From contig CAXXNF010000001.1 in the NCBI GenBank assembly GCA_963666365.2, positions 576,001 through 640,000 of the forward strand: a DNA stretch of 64,000 bases. Reading direction: 5' to 3'. The DNA is from Syntrophales bacterium (GTDB lineage: Bacteria; Desulfobacterota; Syntrophia; Syntrophales; UBA2210). Position numbers and translations under genes: made by a program. Shown here piece by piece: positions 62,818-64,000 of this stretch. The notes beneath the pieces are model-generated. The model saw only the letters and a list, made by a program, of their open reading frames with translations. It was not told the DNA's origin and did no database searches. Within the stretch, counting starts at the first letter, position 1. The number at the start of each line of letters is the position of its first letter.

Positions 62818-64000
62818 TTGCCGAGAGAAGGTATTCTCATAGAAAACCCTTTTGAACGATTGTCGAAAGACGAACTCGACCGCATTCATCGGGCCTCGCT
62901 GGATCTGCTGATGGATCCCGGTCTTGTCTGTTACAATGAGGAAGCCGCGTCCATATTCGCAGACGGCGGCGCAGAGGTATCGCCGATTCTCGACACGTCA
63001 CCCCCCTGCCGAATCGTGAAAATTCCCGAGCGACTGGTGCGAAAAGCCCTCGATCGGGCACCTTCGAAAATCGTACTGGGCGCAAGAAAGCCGGAACAGG
63101 CACTGGTCATGGACGGATACGAACCCCGGGTGCATTTTGTGACCGGCTCTGAGACAAACATATGGCTTGATGTCGAATTCCATGATTATGTAAAAAAATC
63201 AGACCCTTCAAAAGAAATAAGGGTGCCCGAATTTCTTTTCCGCCGTGGAACTGTCGAAGATCTCTGCAACTCCGCCCGCGTATCGGAACATCTGGACACG
63301 CTGGACGGCTTTATCCGCAACGTCAATATTCAGGATGTCGACATCACCGAAGAAAACAAAGACGTCAACAAAGTATTCGCCTCACTCAACAATACGACAA
63401 AACATGTCATGGTGGGCCTCACCAATATTCACCAGTTGGACAATGTGGTCAACATGGCCGCCCGTATTGCAGGCGGCAAAGATGCATTGGAAGCCAACCC
63501 TTTGATATCCTTCATTACGTGCCTGGTCAAAAGTCCGCTGCAGTTCGTAGACGACACAACTCATTCCTTTATGGAAATATGCAGAAGAGGCCTGCCCGTC
63601 GTCGTCTCATCGTCCCCTCAGGCGGGAACGACTGCGCCCATTAAGGAAGCGGGAATCATCATCCAGATAAATGCAGAGGTGCTTGCCGGCATTGCCCTGG
63701 GCCAGCTGGTCAATCCGGGAACGCCCATCATGTACGGCACCGTGCCCGTGAGAACCAGAATGGACACACTGGCCGACTCCTACGGGGCTGTCGAGACAAG
63801 CCAGTACAATATCGACTGTGTCCAGCTGGCGCGGTATTACGGCATTCCGAACTATTCCACTTCGGGAGTCTGCGATCCGAAGATACCGGGACAGCAATCG
63901 TCCATCGAGCGTCTCTTTTCGAATATACTGGTGGCCTTGAGCGGACCCCAGTATCTGCACTGCGCATACGGCCTCCTGGACTGCAACTCGGTTTTTTGTC
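62818..64000 (+). CDS. second MttB-family methyltransferase (partial, runs off window)
   Basis: Manual translation from TTG after AAGGAG: ...RIHRASL...KSPLQ...GTTAP...LVNPGTP...CDPKIPG; open to the window end. Confidence 0.88.
   Translation, partial: MPREGILIENPFERLSKDELDRIHRASLDLLMDPGLVCYNEEAASIFADGGAEVSPILDTSPPCRIVKIPERLVRKALDRAPSKIVLGARKPEQALVMDGYEPRVHFVTGSETNIWLDVEFHDYVKKSDPSKEIRVPEFLFRRGTVEDLCNSARVSEHLDTLDGFIRNVNIQDVDITEENKDVNKVFASLNNTTKHVMVGLTNIHQLDNVVNMAARIAGGKDALEANPLISFITCLVKSPLQFVDDTTHSFMEICRRGLPVVVSSSPQAGTTAPIKEAGIIIQINAEVLAGIALGQLVNPGTPIMYGTVPVRTRMDTLADSYGAVETSQYNIDCVQLARYYGIPNYSTSGVCDPKIPGQQSSIERLFSNILVALSGPQYLHCAYGLLDCNSVFC

Noticed and set aside
60433..64000. Pyrrolysine read-through in the MttB genes
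   Set aside because: Both frames are open with no internal TAG. The second gene is absent from the ORF track only because it runs off the window.

Overview
The window has three parts. The genome is probably from an anaerobic deltaproteobacterium (Syntrophales/Desulfobacterota-like); this is inferred from gene content only. (1) Bases 1 to about 15936 are the early/left part of a Mu-like transposable prophage, mostly on the minus strand. It carries lysis genes, Com-like, Gam, GemA, MuB-like ATPase, MuA DDE transposase, Ner and a divergent HTH-S24 repressor. An AT-rich defence cargo (AbiJ-NTD4 protein and a three-gene Lamassu/ABC-3C system with a Cap4-like nuclease) sits between the repressor and a candidate TG..CA end. 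(2) About 16-58.5 kb is host DNA dominated by two long sigma-54 operons and a sigma-54 amtB-glnK operon, arranged around a NifA-like GAF-AAA-HTH activator. Together these operons collect most of the main glutamine-dependent amidotransferases (split GOGAT, PyrG, a giant GlmS, HisHF, PurF, CarAB, GuaA) plus DapF/DapL. They also include a catalytically dead GATase and an unusual GAF-PEP-synthase-like protein. All three promoters share a CTAC-N6-GTRG-type upstream palindrome. I read this as a candidate undescribed 'low-ammonia switch' regulon. (3) 58.8-64 kb is a corrinoid/methyl-THF methyl-transfer operon (MetH reactivation domain, MetF, two non-pyrrolysine MttB homologues, AcsE-like protein). 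No rRNA, tRNA or CRISPR array was seen.
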